A stretch of DNA of 64,000 bases from Klebsormidium nitens (taxonomy: Eukaryota; Plantae; Klebsormidiophyceae). Below are positions 22,758 to 34,062 of this stretch, one piece after another. Every line of letters starts with the position of its first letter. Within the stretch, counting starts at the first letter, position 1. The position numbers were made by a program, and so were the translations under genes. A model generated the notes under the pieces. That model saw only the letters and a list, made by a program, of their open reading frames with translations. It did no database searches and was not told the origin of the DNA. The stretch spans positions 62,001 to 126,000 of the forward strand of contig DF236958.1 of the NCBI GenBank assembly GCA_000708835.1, given 5' to 3'.

Positions 22758-25700
22758 TCAGAAGCTGAAGAACGACCGGGGCGGCTGGGACGACTCCGGC
22801 ACCGCCCCGGCGGGGCTCCGCGAAAACGTATAGCGTATGAAGCTCTGGTACCCCACGTCCCAGCGCGCCCGGAACGCGTGCACCGAGTGCTTGGCTTCCC
22901 CCGGCCACCGGTAGTCCGTTGCGTTCGGCCCTTCCCCGCCCTCCTCATCTGACACGTCGACATACCCGGGGCCGAACCCGTGCCCGGTGATGTGCATGCA
23001 ATCGGTCACCGCGAGGAGCGACTGCGAAACTTCGTGCCAGTATAGCGCGGCGGGCTCGTTGTTGCCGGTGCTGAGCTCGTATAGGCCGCGCATCATGCGG
23101 AGGTCCCACGCCTGGACGCACTCGTTGTCCCCCCCCGTGAAGCAGAGCGGGTAGCTGCCCCCCGGCGCGCACAGGGCCACGGCCGCGAGGGAGTCGTACG
23201 TGCGGCTCTGCAGACGCGTATACGAGATGGTTAGCGACTGACTTAAGTGCGACGCGTATCAGAAGTGGTCAGAGTTTGACTTGAGTGTGTCACGAGCTTT
23301 GTCACGAGTGACTTTTTTGACGGAGCAGACCAAGCAGGGAAAAACCGACATTTGTCGCCGACTGTAGTTCTCACGACGAATCTCAGAAGGCAGTTTTTAA
23401 GACCCGGGTCTTCCCAACTGCGATCTAGAAGGAATGTGCAGCTCTCGAGCCCGCAAAGTAGAAGGAAGTTGTCAACCTCAGACTTGAGAAAGGTCCGGGA
23501 TTTGGGACATTCGAAGCGAGCTCCGCATCACCCGGCCATTAGATCCTTAAAACTTTCCTACTCGGGTCCTCCTCAAACCTGTCAGAATTGAGAAATTCCA
23601 ATCCTGACGAGTCACACGAAAATCGAAAAGATCTGGTTCACATACCCATCTGGTCGGGCACTTCTTGTGGCTCTTTGATTGCAGAGAAACTGCTCAGAGA
23701 TTCTATCAGGTCCAGATCCCTGTAACAGTCTAACCCAGGTTACTTCTACGTTGTCACGTCCAGATCTCTCTGAAGTCTACATCTCTTTCAGTCGACTGGG
23801 GACACCTTATAAAGAAACCCAGGTAGTCCTTTAAAGACTTACATGTGCAAACCGCGCTCTCCGTACGCACAAAGTCAAGTGACACGTGTTCTGGTCGGCA
23901 CCCTCACAAGAATAAATTAGGATCGCATCAAGAAGCCTTTCCTTGTCTCCATTTGCATTGGGTTAGTTCAAAAGCTTCGGAAACCCCTCCAACTCACCTC
24001 AAGCGTGCAGACCGCGCTCTCCGTTCGCAGGTCCCAGATCTTCGCGGACGAGTCGTGGCTCGCGGACGCCAGCAGGTGCGGCAGCGCTTCGGACGCGTTC
24101 AGCTGCGCGACGATACCCGTGTGGCCGAAGAGGCGCGTACGAATCCTTGGCTGCGCAAAAGAGTGCACGATGGTGAGGGCTTCACTGATTGGCTTGAAGA
24201 AAAGAAAGGAGTGGAAAGGAGGGAGCTTAAAGCCGAGAAGGCGAGGTTGTATCTTGGCAAATGAGAACTGTATGGAAGAAGGGGAAGAAAGTAAGTATCC
24301 AGAAAGCAAGACTCAACCGGATCCTTTTGTTTCCTTGTCTGCCACATCCGAGGCCAAAGTCCTGCGAGGAACAAGGATACTTTGCTGGTTTGCACCAACA
24401 CAGTCTCTCGACCTTTCTTCAAAGACGTCCTTTCAGGTAGTTTGGAATTATTTAAAAAGGAGGAGAGAGCGTCATCCCGGTAAGATCCAAAAGAAGATGA
24501 ACTAGCTCGTTTAAGAAAGAAGACGAGAAACCGGCGACGCTTTTACTTTTTGCAAAGGTGTCTCAGAGGACCTCCCATCAGAAACACTCTCCTATTCATA
24601 AGACTGTTGAAGAAAAACGGGACTGTGTGTAGCTGAAGTTGAGCTTTGCTTCACTTCGTTCAGATGAAAGCGCACTGTACTCTCTCACCAGAAACTGCTG
24701 CTCGTAAGGTCGCCCGGGAACACGAAAGTACCGTTGCCGTAGTGAGCAGAAGTCCGCGTCATAAACCGGAACGGCAGCGGAACGCAAAATCCTAAAGAAC
24801 ATTGCCACCATGAAACACTTCCGGAAGCCATCCATCTTGCTGCAGAGAGCTTCAAAAGTAGACAGTATCCTTCAGGCTGGTGGGCGGGTAAATCACGGCT
24901 CCCTTAATTCGGAACGAAAAGGGAACAGGACTCGAACGGAAATGCATAAAAGGGAACGGAATAGAGCCTGAAGAGAAACCAGCGCACAGAATTGATAGAC
25001 TGTGTACCCTTGGTGGGCGTTGAAGCCCCCGCCCCTTCGACGCGGAAGAACGGAATTGCTTCTCAACAAAACGGAACAAAGCGAAACCGGAGTAAAGGCC
25101 GGCGCATCCGCAATGGGCAACTTCGCAGTGATAGGTGGTGTATCCTAGGTGGGCAGGGGAAGCCACCGCCCCCTCGACGCAAAACAAAAACGGAACAGCT
25201 CCTGAAGGGAAACGAAATAAAGGCCGGCGCACCTGCTGGGCACAGTCGCAGAGATTCTGTTGAATCTATGGTGCGCCGGTGAAGCCATCAAACCCTCAGA
25301 GCGGAACAAGAACGGAACAGCAGCCGAACGGAAACGGGACGGATTGGGACCGGAACAAACGCCGGCGCCCCTGCTGGGCAAAGTCGGAGAGGTAGACGGA
25401 GTATCCTAGGTGGGCAGGAGAAGCCACCGCCCCATCTGAGCGTAACAAGAACGGAACAGCACCCGAACTAAAACGGAACAATGCGGAACCGGGAGAAAAA
25501 CCTTTGCAAAACCATTCGGACAGGTATATGGTGAAGCCACCGCCCCCTCGAACATGAAGAGAAGCGGAACAGGACCAGAACGGAAATGGAATGGAGCGGA
25601 ACCGGAACACAAAGGCCGACGCACCTGCTGGGCAAAGTCGCAGAGGTAGACGGTGTATCCTTGGTTGGCGGGTGAAGCCACCGCCCCCTCGAAGCCGGCC

Positions 25701-28700
25701 ACGGAGGCGGGAAGCGCGAGGAGGGAGCCAAGTTTGGGGCCCAGGGAGAAGGACCCGTGGGCCGGCTGCCCCCGGGTGATGTCCACCGAGCACTCCTGGC
25801 CTTCCTCCTGAAGAGGGGAAAGCAGTCGGTGTCTCAGTCTTAGAATCAAGTGGAGTTTTTCCCAGTTAACCGGCTTCTGCACGTGTGAGAAATTCATCGA
25901 GCACTCCTGGCCCTTCTTCCTGAAAAGAGAAAAGCGGTCGGGGTCTCGACCTCAGAGTCCGTTCGAGTCATCCGGATTAACAGGCTTATGGACGTTTGAG
26001 GAATCCAACGAGCACTCATGGCCTTCTTCCTGAAGAGAGAAAAGGGGCGGGGTCTCCACCCCAGAACCGGCTGGAGGACTTTTGTATGAACCGGCTTCTG
26101 GACGAGTGAGACATCCACCGAGAGGGGAAAGCCGTCGGGGTCACAACCTTGATTCAATTGGAGTGCTTTTGGGTTAACCTGCTTCTGGACGCGCGAGAGG
26201 TTCACCCAGCACCTTTGCCTTCTTCCTGCAAAGGGGAAAGCCGTCGGGGTCTTGACCTCGGAACCGGTTGGATTTTTCTCAATTCTGGTTATTCTCGACT
26301 CAATGAATAGTAAGCCCAGTCAACACTAAGTGTTTCGGGGTTCACTAAACCCGCGATCCAAAAGATCACCCGCTCCGTTCCCATACCCAAGCGAAACCCC
26401 TGACTCACCCCACCCGTATCAGTCACCTTCACTGGGCTTACGTTTCACTGAATTGAACAAGATTTTATTCTGATTTGACCCGCTTCTGGACGAGTGAGAA
26501 AAGGCTTTCCAAGTCCATCCGGGATTGTTTGTTGAACCCAGCTTTGAACGGAGTAATTGTCTCAGAGCAAGCCCGCTCAGATTGTCCTGTTTCATGTTCT
26601 TGCTTCCGATGTTCCAAACTCACATGGCGAATTCAAAAACCACTAGAAAGACATCGGAACGAGGAAGGGTACCGTGATCATACAAGAGCGTAAACGGCAA
26701 GACGAGAAGCCAAACGTGGAACACGCAAGTGAGACGAAGCAGGTGCGGAAGCCGCCTGAAAGTAATCGGACTCTTTTCGTTAGCTTTTTACGAACCCTTG
26801 AGCAAATTATCACGAGATTCTGGTAGCTAAAACAGACCTGCTAGCTTGCCTCGGTCGATGGGGCCAGAACTAAGCCGGGGCAATCGCTTCGCCGTTTTAT
26901 CTGGTGGTGGAAGCCTGCGCCAAGCGTGAGTGTGCGCTGTGAGTGCCGAAGCGACCCGAAAATCGTGGTGCGAAAGAAGAGGGGCGAAAGTAACCGGGGG
27001 GTTCGAATGGGTGTTTCCACATGCATATGTGACCGAAAATTCCAAGAGAAGAAACTAAGCCAAAGCAAATGCACCCGTCACACGCCCAGGATCGGGCGAG
27101 TGAGAACACTGCCGTTGTTGTTGGCAATAGTCGAAAGGAAGGAAAACTTAAAGGCTCTGAGTATGTTTCGGAAGTCAAAGACTTCAGGATCGAGTAGGTA
27201 TCGACCCCCTTGAAATTTCAACTCTCGAGCTCAATCAACGCTTTTATACTGACCCAGATTGGCCAAACAGCTTCCTTCCCGCGCTGAACGCACGCCCCAA
27301 CAGGTGGCACCGTGCAATATAGTAGTCGCGCATTTTTGGCTAAAAAGCGGAGGGAGTAACATGCCAATCTTATCGTTGAAATTGTCAGAAAAGAGCAGGA
27401 TCCTTCAAACTGGCGTTTCTTGCCGTCTCCTGGCCTGCTCTTTTCCTGAACGATACTTTCACCAGGAGAGCGCTTACGAGGCACTTGTTGGAGGACCAAT
27501 CGACGTACTTTCGCTCGTTCGTTACAATCGTAAAACGACGCCTCAGAAATGTGAGCGCTTACGAGGCAATTGTTGTCGGACCAATCGACGTGCTTTCCCG
27601 AGTCCTTCACAATAGTCCTCTGTTCCGGGGTCAGCTCCGCCTCGTCCTCATCATCCATGTCCTGCAGACGTCACTACACACTGTTCTCCGGGCTTTGAGA
27701 TTCGTTGCTGAGGCCGGTTCAAAACTTGATCATTCAGCAGTTTAGAGTCTCTCGGTCCCACACTGACTGTGTGACCACTCTGGTTTAGAAGACGAGCTTT
27801 TTGAACTCAAAGTCGACCTATGAGGAGATCCGGAAGATGAGCTACAGTGGACGCGTCAGCACTTTTGGGATGTCTTTCAATTCGCTCTAGTTTCCGGTAT
27901 TCCTCAATCCTCCTTTCGGCAATTTCTTCCTTCTCCGGCTTGTTGAGAAGTTTCTAGCAGATTCAAGTACTGGCCAATGCTATGCGTTGAATGACCTTTA
28001 CACGACCCAACACTTGAGAAAAGCGTGCTCCACACCCGCACACACCCTAACCCCCCAACTAACCCGACCCGTCCCCCCGCTTGCTTCTTAACCCATGGCC
28101 GTTGAAACACTTAAAAATACCGAGTACGAGAACTCACGTCAAGCAGCCTGCCGCTGACGTCGCTCCCGTGCTCTTCCAGCCGATCGATCTCTTAGTACTT
28201 GATTGTCGCATCCTTGGACGCAAACACGCGGTCTCCCACCGCCGCGACGCCATTGGCTGTGCTCCCCATGTGCAGAGTGTATTTACACGGGAGGTCGTCG
28301 TGGTCGATCTTTGCCACGTGGAAGGCCTTGATTCGCTCGTCCCCGGCGCACCACAGGAGGTTGCGTGTCGAGTCAATGCTCGTGGCAAGGCCTGCAAGCC
28401 AAGAAAACATCGAAGTTAAACCGGATAAATAAGCAAAGGTAAAATGGAGGTAACCGGAATGAGACCGGTAGCATTAGTTGTGAGGTTAGGGTGGGTGGGG
28501 GCGCGGAGCAGGGACATTCTTGGTTTAGAGTATTTTGTGTCAGTCGGAGCTTCTTTCATCTGGCTCAATCTTGCCTTTCTTAAGTCCCATCAAGAAATGG
28601 CTTCAGTATGTTGACCCAAGTTGTATAAAGCCAGATTGGTGTTTTTGCCGTGTGATTGAAAATGAGAGAAAAGGGAGCCGCATTGTTTCTCTGGCTGAGG

Positions 28701-30433
28701 GGAAGCTTTGAGGTCAGAAATTCGGCAACTTGGACAGAAGAAAACGGGGTAAGAAGGAGATTGGACGAAACGAGCAATCTGATCCGATCGTGTGAACAAG
28801 TTATGGCTCATTTTGACATCAGACTCTGTCCGTAGCCTTTGCTTTGCTCGTCTCTGAGAGAGTTGGATTGACCCATCTCGCTTTTGACAATGAAATGCAG
28901 GTGTCTGACGGCAAATCCCTTTTAAATCAGAGTGGGTTTGCTTATGGGGAATATCGTCTGGCAGGGACCATATGCCCCAAGGTGACTGACTTGAAGCAAT
29001 ATATCAGTGCGGTACATCGGATTTGTTTTTAAAGGGAGTCGACCCTCTGGAAAGCGCAGGAAACATGTGGATCAAGTCAACGCAGCAACGCAAAGACTAT
29101 AGAATCATTGAGCACTATGACTGTGCACGGGCGGAAGCAATCCGGCTTGATTCTCGCAAATGACTGTCAGAAATTCCACACGAACTACCCCCCAAAAGCA
29201 TATGTTCTCCATCCCAGGATGAGACCCATAATTGACTCCCAAACAGCACGGTCAGCATTTACCACAATACTCGGTTCATCATCAGACAGAACCCAACCTG
29301 GTTGCCAGAACCCATTGTCTGCCCGGTAGACTTTTGGAAAGATGCCCTTCTCCCATGAGGGAATCTCCGGCGCGTCTTCTGCATAGTTATAGACCTCCAT
29401 GTAGGGGGAGCCATGCCGATGTCCCATACCCCCCTGCCAGACAAGGAATCGTGAAGTTTACATTTTTCTGGAGATTCTGCTCAAAGAAAGAAACTCACAA
29501 TGAGCTTATCCTGACTCATTTACAAGCAATCTATTCTGTCTGCCAAAAGTGAACTTCAGCAGAAATGTGATGTCATACGAAAGTATGCTCTGTTAATTCG
29601 GTGGGCCTCTTACCACAAAGCTTCTTTCATTACGAGATTACTATTGAGGGGAAGCAGATTGTGGATTCTTACCGGGCATCTAGATCCAACGAATAACAAA
29701 ATTTCAGGACTATTTTTCTCCGCAAAACGCCAGAATTCTGCTGCTTCAGCGTGCGCTCAAGATGAACATCCTTTCCAGGATGAGATCTGGAAAGGATCAA
29801 GAAACCTACATTAATAGCAATGATACCCCCGTCAAAGCTCGCCCCCGTCGAACACTGCGGGACACACCGATCCCAGTACACGTCACACCGGCCCTGGTAA
29901 ACATTCTCCGCTGCCTCACTCCCCACTGCCGCCCCCGCTGCATAATGTGGGTCAAACCGCGCCAGGGGGCTGCTTTCCTTGACTGGCGCAGGCTGCGGCT
30001 TGTCTTTTGGGAGATAGTAAGGAGCCCGGGGAACGCCCAACCCGCTGCGAATTGCAAACACGCAGTCCTCCTGGTCAACCATGAATTGTTTCACAGGATC
30101 CAAAAGACTTGCCACCCGCACGTCGAGCTCAGCAATGACGTCCTCCTTTGAGAGCCCCAGGGGGATCCCCGGGCCGATCGAGCTATCGAGGCGGAGCGTC
30201 CTGGCAAAGGCGAAGAGCCGCCCAAGGTGCTCATTGACGCCATCCTTCTTGGTTTCCTCTTCTGGTGAGTCGTCATTGGAGAATGGTGTTAGACTTGGGT
30301 GCTCCCTGTCTGACAAAATTACCTCAAAGAGCTGATCCAAAAGTGCTTTCGGGGAAGGGGCGGTGGGAAGAGGATTTGGAGCCGACTTCTTTCTTTTGGG
30401 CAGCCTTATGCTTACTTTCTTCTTGGGTGCCAT
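22758..30433 (-). CDS. WD40-repeat protein, 7-exon model of 614 codons, interrupted by one in-frame TAA (possible pseudogene or null allele)
   Basis: Exons 30433-29810, 29433-29298, 28391-28138, 27661-27563, 26936-26850 (GC donor, inferred), 24192-23998 and 23207-22758 total 1845 nt in frame. WD repeats: RLFGHTGIVAQL..LLASASHDSSAKIWDLR and CFTGGDNECVQAWDLR; then YELSTGNN. The TAA is at 28194-28192. The 3' end of exon 2 and the whole of exon 5 are less certain. Confidence 0.8.
24868..25695. repeat. Intronic tandem array, about 7 diverged units of 113-141 bp
   Basis: The anchor gaagcc(a/c)ccgcccc (degenerate in two units) lies at about 24886, 25022, 25159, 25281, 25420, 25533 and 25674. Units also carry gcacctgctgggca.agtcgcagag, gtatcctaggtgggc and aacggaac-rich segments. 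Confidence 0.92.
25783..26272. repeat. Second intronic tandem array, about 5 units, period about 111 bp
   Basis: The anchor gagcactc.tggcc.ttc.tcctgaa lies at 25788, 25899 and 26010, with truncated or diverged copies at about 26120 and 26208. Units share gaaagc.gtcggggtc and aacc.gcttctggac. Confidence 0.9.
26310..26441 (-). mobile_element. MITE-like element with 11-bp perfect terminal inverted repeats
   Basis: gtaagcccagt (26310-26320) and actgggcttac (26431-26441) are exact reverse complements, with imperfect extension outward. The reverse-complemented interior resembles the G-rich repeat at 7882 and 28447. No target-site duplication was identified. Confidence 0.55.
28447..28552 (+). mobile_element. 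Short G-rich dispersed repeat (MITE-like family), copy in a WD40 gene intron
   Basis: Ungapped 82/106 match to 7882-7987. Confidence 0.65.
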
Positions 30434-30589
30434 AGCTCCTAAACACTTGGTTCCGTGTTGGCATTGGGGAGGGGATCAGAATGCGCTATAAGACCGAAAG
30501 GTCCATTTTGTTTGATGGATACGAGGCAGCGACGAATGGTCTGGAGCAGTGAATGATCTTTCGAAAAGTTTGAAAGTTTGATTTAATAG

Positions 30590-32760
30590 CCCTCACTTCA
30601 AGAACTTTGAAGAAGCAGCTTGAAGTTGATCTGCAGACCTTGGCCCTGGCCCAAGGTCTGGGCCTGGGCCTGGGCCTGGGCCTGCAGTCGAGTCTGCGGA
30701 TTGTGGGATACAGGGTGATCCCCCATGTGATCTGAGCTCGTTGGATTTCCAGGCAGAATTTCCGTGAAATCCAAGAGCCCGGTCGATCATCCCGTGCACC
30801 CTCGTGTTCCCATTCTCATCCTGAAGGGGCACTCGGGCCGCGTATACCGGTTACTAATACCCTTAAATTTGGTAAATGTGTCAAGCCCAATGACATGATT
30901 CTTCATGAACGTCCTATCCTTTCCGGTGTGCTAGAAGCCTGCTAGAAGCTGGTGAAGCTGAGAAGAGGATCCAAACGCGTCTCATGCAAGAGGATCACCA
31001 TGCCAGACAGCATTCCGTTGGCCTACCTGGCAGCCGCTACCATGCATGGCTTTCCGTTATTTTAACGGCTAGTTGTCGCTTCCATCTCAGTTGGCAGGAG
31101 TTCTAGATCTTGCCGCATTGCACCTGCTTGTAACAAGTTGAGACAGCTGTAAGATCTCAAAGCCCCTTGAAAGGAACGAACAAGGTCTCAGATTACACAG
31201 CATTGCACATTCAAGTTCACAAGTCGGTGCTCTGGAGCTACCTACTTTCTCACCCCAGCGTTGCAGCAGGCCCTCAGCGGGCCCATCCAGTATACAGGAT
31301 TGCTCCACCGTTCTAAGCAACCAGCAAAGATGCAAGTGGTGAAACGCCTCGCTGCAGAAGGCCCTCCATAGAAGCATGTTCTTCGTTTGGCGCGCATTGG
31401 GAGGCCGCTCTTTCTGGGAAGCATTCCGCTCTCTCCTCAAAGCATTTCGTTGATGTGTTGAGCCAGCCGGCAAGCGGAGAAGGAAACTTTCTGGGCTGCT
31501 TGCCACGCCTCAAGGAGTCCTGGGCGCAAAGAGTCTTGATCATTGGAAGCCTCAGCGGAAAGCGGCAGCCCGAGAGACGCGGGTTGGCAGGTGGGTGATC
31601 GGAGCTTTCCTCTGAATAATGAACTTCCTTCTATTCCTTTTCTATTTCCTCCAAGAGTTTCCCCGGTTTGTAGCCAGGGTGCAAGGACACTTCTTCGAAA
31701 GGAGTTCAGGTTGCATAGAGGGTGGTACGCTTCTGTCATTGCCAAGGCTTTATCAAGGTTGTTGGCTCTCATGCCAACATTGCAGAGAGGATACAAACCC
31801 GTCAAGATTGGAGATCTTGAAGGCAGAAATGAGTCAGTAAGATGAGACTTGTGTTGGCTTCTGAGGGGTTTTCATTGTGGACAGTCTTCATCATACAAGC
31901 ATTCGTTCAGTATCAATAGAGCTGTCCATGTAAAAGGTTCTGTCCCAGAGCTTATCAGTTCTTGAAATAAAACCTGATCATCGAGAGAGGGGGTTCATGG
32001 TTGTCAAATCAACAATCTATCTAGAATTGAGCGGTGGAGAAAAAGGTCATTCTGTTGTTGAAAGTTTTGGCAGGTTTGTTGGGGTCTCGAAAGGTCCCGT
32101 GCAATTAATTTGCCGGAGTGTTCAAAGCCAGGCGGATGCGCATGAAGATAGTGTCAGATTGCATTCCAACTATCAAGGACAGGTGTCGTCGGCTTTGTGT
32201 AATCGTGCTTGACAGAATCTTTCGATTGACACCTGTCGATCTCTGGGGCTGGTGTAACCAATTCCCAGATGCAGGCATCTGAGTCCATTGATGAAAATGG
32301 ACACACAGCCACATACTGAGACGGTCGAGACATCATTTGTATGGAGAGAAGAAATAGCACTTTGAAAGCATAGTGTAGTGAGGAGAGACGTCGACTTCAC
32401 CATTATGGCTCCAAATTGATGTTGAACAACAAATCAAATAAATTCAATACATACAAAGAACTCGGAGAGAAACAATGATACAGACCTGGTTTTGATGCTT
32501 CGTTGCCATTATGCACTTGCCTGTGCCCGAGATCGAAATGGAACCTCTATTGCCAGAGGCGCTTCCCGATGATGCATATGACAGAGAACCTGAGTTGGAG
32601 ACCGCTTGCGATGTGTTCAATGTACTAATCAGACGGCACTATGAGCGGTATGGTCGATCTGTTGCATCAACCGAAACTAAGTTCCGGTGTATGTTCAAAG
32701 AATGTACGGGAGTGCCTCGTCAACGACATGCACAGCAAGGGAGCATATTAATATAATGCC
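30590..32760. pseudogene. Decayed coding-like fragments of unknown origin
   Basis: Short protein-like segments broken by stops and frameshifts, e.g. minus-strand INGLRCLHLGIGY and YPLCN/HPLCN, and plus-strand 32511-32756 DREPELETACDVFNVLIRRHYERYG. No coherent splice model and no family recognised. Confidence 0.25.
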
Positions 32761-33324
32761 TACAAAGACAATCGGGCTTCCAAAATCGAGAGGGCCTTCA
32801 GGGAATTACCCCCTCCCCTCTTTGTTTGTTATTCATCTATTTGTTTGTATAAGGAACTACCGTGCCCCTTTTGCAGAGCACATCATGTGATGACATACCA
32901 AGACCCTATGTGCACAGGAAGTCATCGTAGAGGGCTCAATGACGGCAGCTAATTCCTATTTGTATGGGTTGTTACCATGAGAAAGTTTTCAACTTAAGAG
33001 ACTGGATAACGATGAAATATGCTCAGTGCTTTGTATTTTCCTGAGAGGGACATACCAGATATACATATGAAATGCGTCTTCCCGTGTTACGTTGCTATAA
33101 CATACGTGCAATAGTCAAACGCAGCACATGCACAATCACAAAGCGTAGCTTTCAATTCTAGGGCTCAAGCTGACCACAAACACTAGCCGGCCAGGTTAAA
33201 CATAAACACTCCCTCTATTTAAATTTTATTTTCAAATCATCATCTTATTGTATCCCTTGGTCACTTGTACTACAATTCTTCAATGTTTTAGTACCACAAT
33301 ATTCTCGCTGAAAGCGAGCGCAGC

Positions 33325-34062
33325 TTAGACTACATAAAATGCTATTATTAGTGTCATCAGACCGGTGCTAAGCCTTTTCAAGTTATGCATCCCTTCCTCC
33401 AATTGTGCACCGGATGTCTTGACACCAAAATTGACTGTGCGAATGGCAGTGTCGTTCACCAATTTCCTACAGAAATCTATGATGCAATCTGGCTCCTTGA
33501 TGAACTTGATCCGTGTGTCAATGTCTACACAGGGTTGCTGTAATGTACCCAAGGCTGGTGTTGGCGTGCCATCTGCATTCAAGCACCTGTAGTTGTAGCA
33601 TTGGCACTCTGGTGCCGTGGACCTGGTGGTTCCGTTCTGAAATGGCTCTGGACATGTGCTGTAAAACCTATTGTACTCTGGGTTAACTTCTTTACCATAT
33701 AACCAAAGCACGTTACAGCAATCGAGCGCCCCCTTCCGAATACTACCTGCCTGCCACAGGTTGCTATCGTCATCTAGTAGATAATCAGTGGCATCGCTCC
33801 TCTTTCTTACATCCAATTTTTGAGTACGATCAGTGGTACAATACCCAAAAAGACTAGCTGTTGACCCACAGTTATGAAAGAACGTTTGCGTCTGCTCGTA
33901 CAACACTATGTTGGTGCAATATCCCAACTCTCTCGACTCTGGGAGCAGCGGATAATAACGACTGTGGCCCCCATGGACCCCCTTGCACGCCGACAAACCG
34001 TATGACGCCAGGAAGAGCACGGCAACAACGGATACCCGCCACTGCAGACTATGTCTCCCCAT
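33325..34062 (-). CDS. Intronless secreted Cys-rich protein, 245 aa, probably GPI-anchored; family not recognised
   Basis: One ATG-TAA ORF with a signal peptide (RVSVVAVLFLASYGLSA), 12 Cys in the mature part including a CC pair, N-glycosylation sequons NGT and NDT, small residues TSGA, and a terminal hydrophobic stretch GLMTLIIAFYVV with no cytosolic tail. Confidence 0.8.
   Translation of the reverse strand: MGRHSLQWRVSVVAVLFLASYGLSACKGVHGGHSRYYPLLPESRELGYCTNIVLYEQTQTFFHNCGSTASLFGYCTTDRTQKLDVRKRSDATDYLLDDDSNLWQAGSIRKGALDCCNVLWLYGKEVNPEYNRFYSTCPEPFQNGTTRSTAPECQCYNYRCLNADGTPTPALGTLQQPCVDIDTRIKFIKEPDCIIDFCRKLVNDTAIRTVNFGVKTSGAQLEEGMHNLKRLSTGLMTLIIAFYVV

Noticed and set aside
24596-24835. Possible extra WD40 exon (ILRSAAVPVYDADF...YEQQFL)
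   Set aside because: It is not needed for an in-frame model and has no recognisable motif. Treated as intronic, but not excluded without RNA data.
24868-26272. CRISPR-like alternation of conserved and variable segments
   Set aside because: The variable segments are homologous to each other, the units exceed 110 bp, there are no cas genes, and the array lies in a spliceosomal intron of a eukaryote. It is a minisatellite.
28192-28194. Alternative genetic code (TAA/TAG = Gln, as in some ulvophytes)
   Set aside because: No other in-frame TAA or TAG occurs in several thousand codons of confidently modelled exons, Gln uses CAA/CAG, and TAA/TAG end other gene models here.
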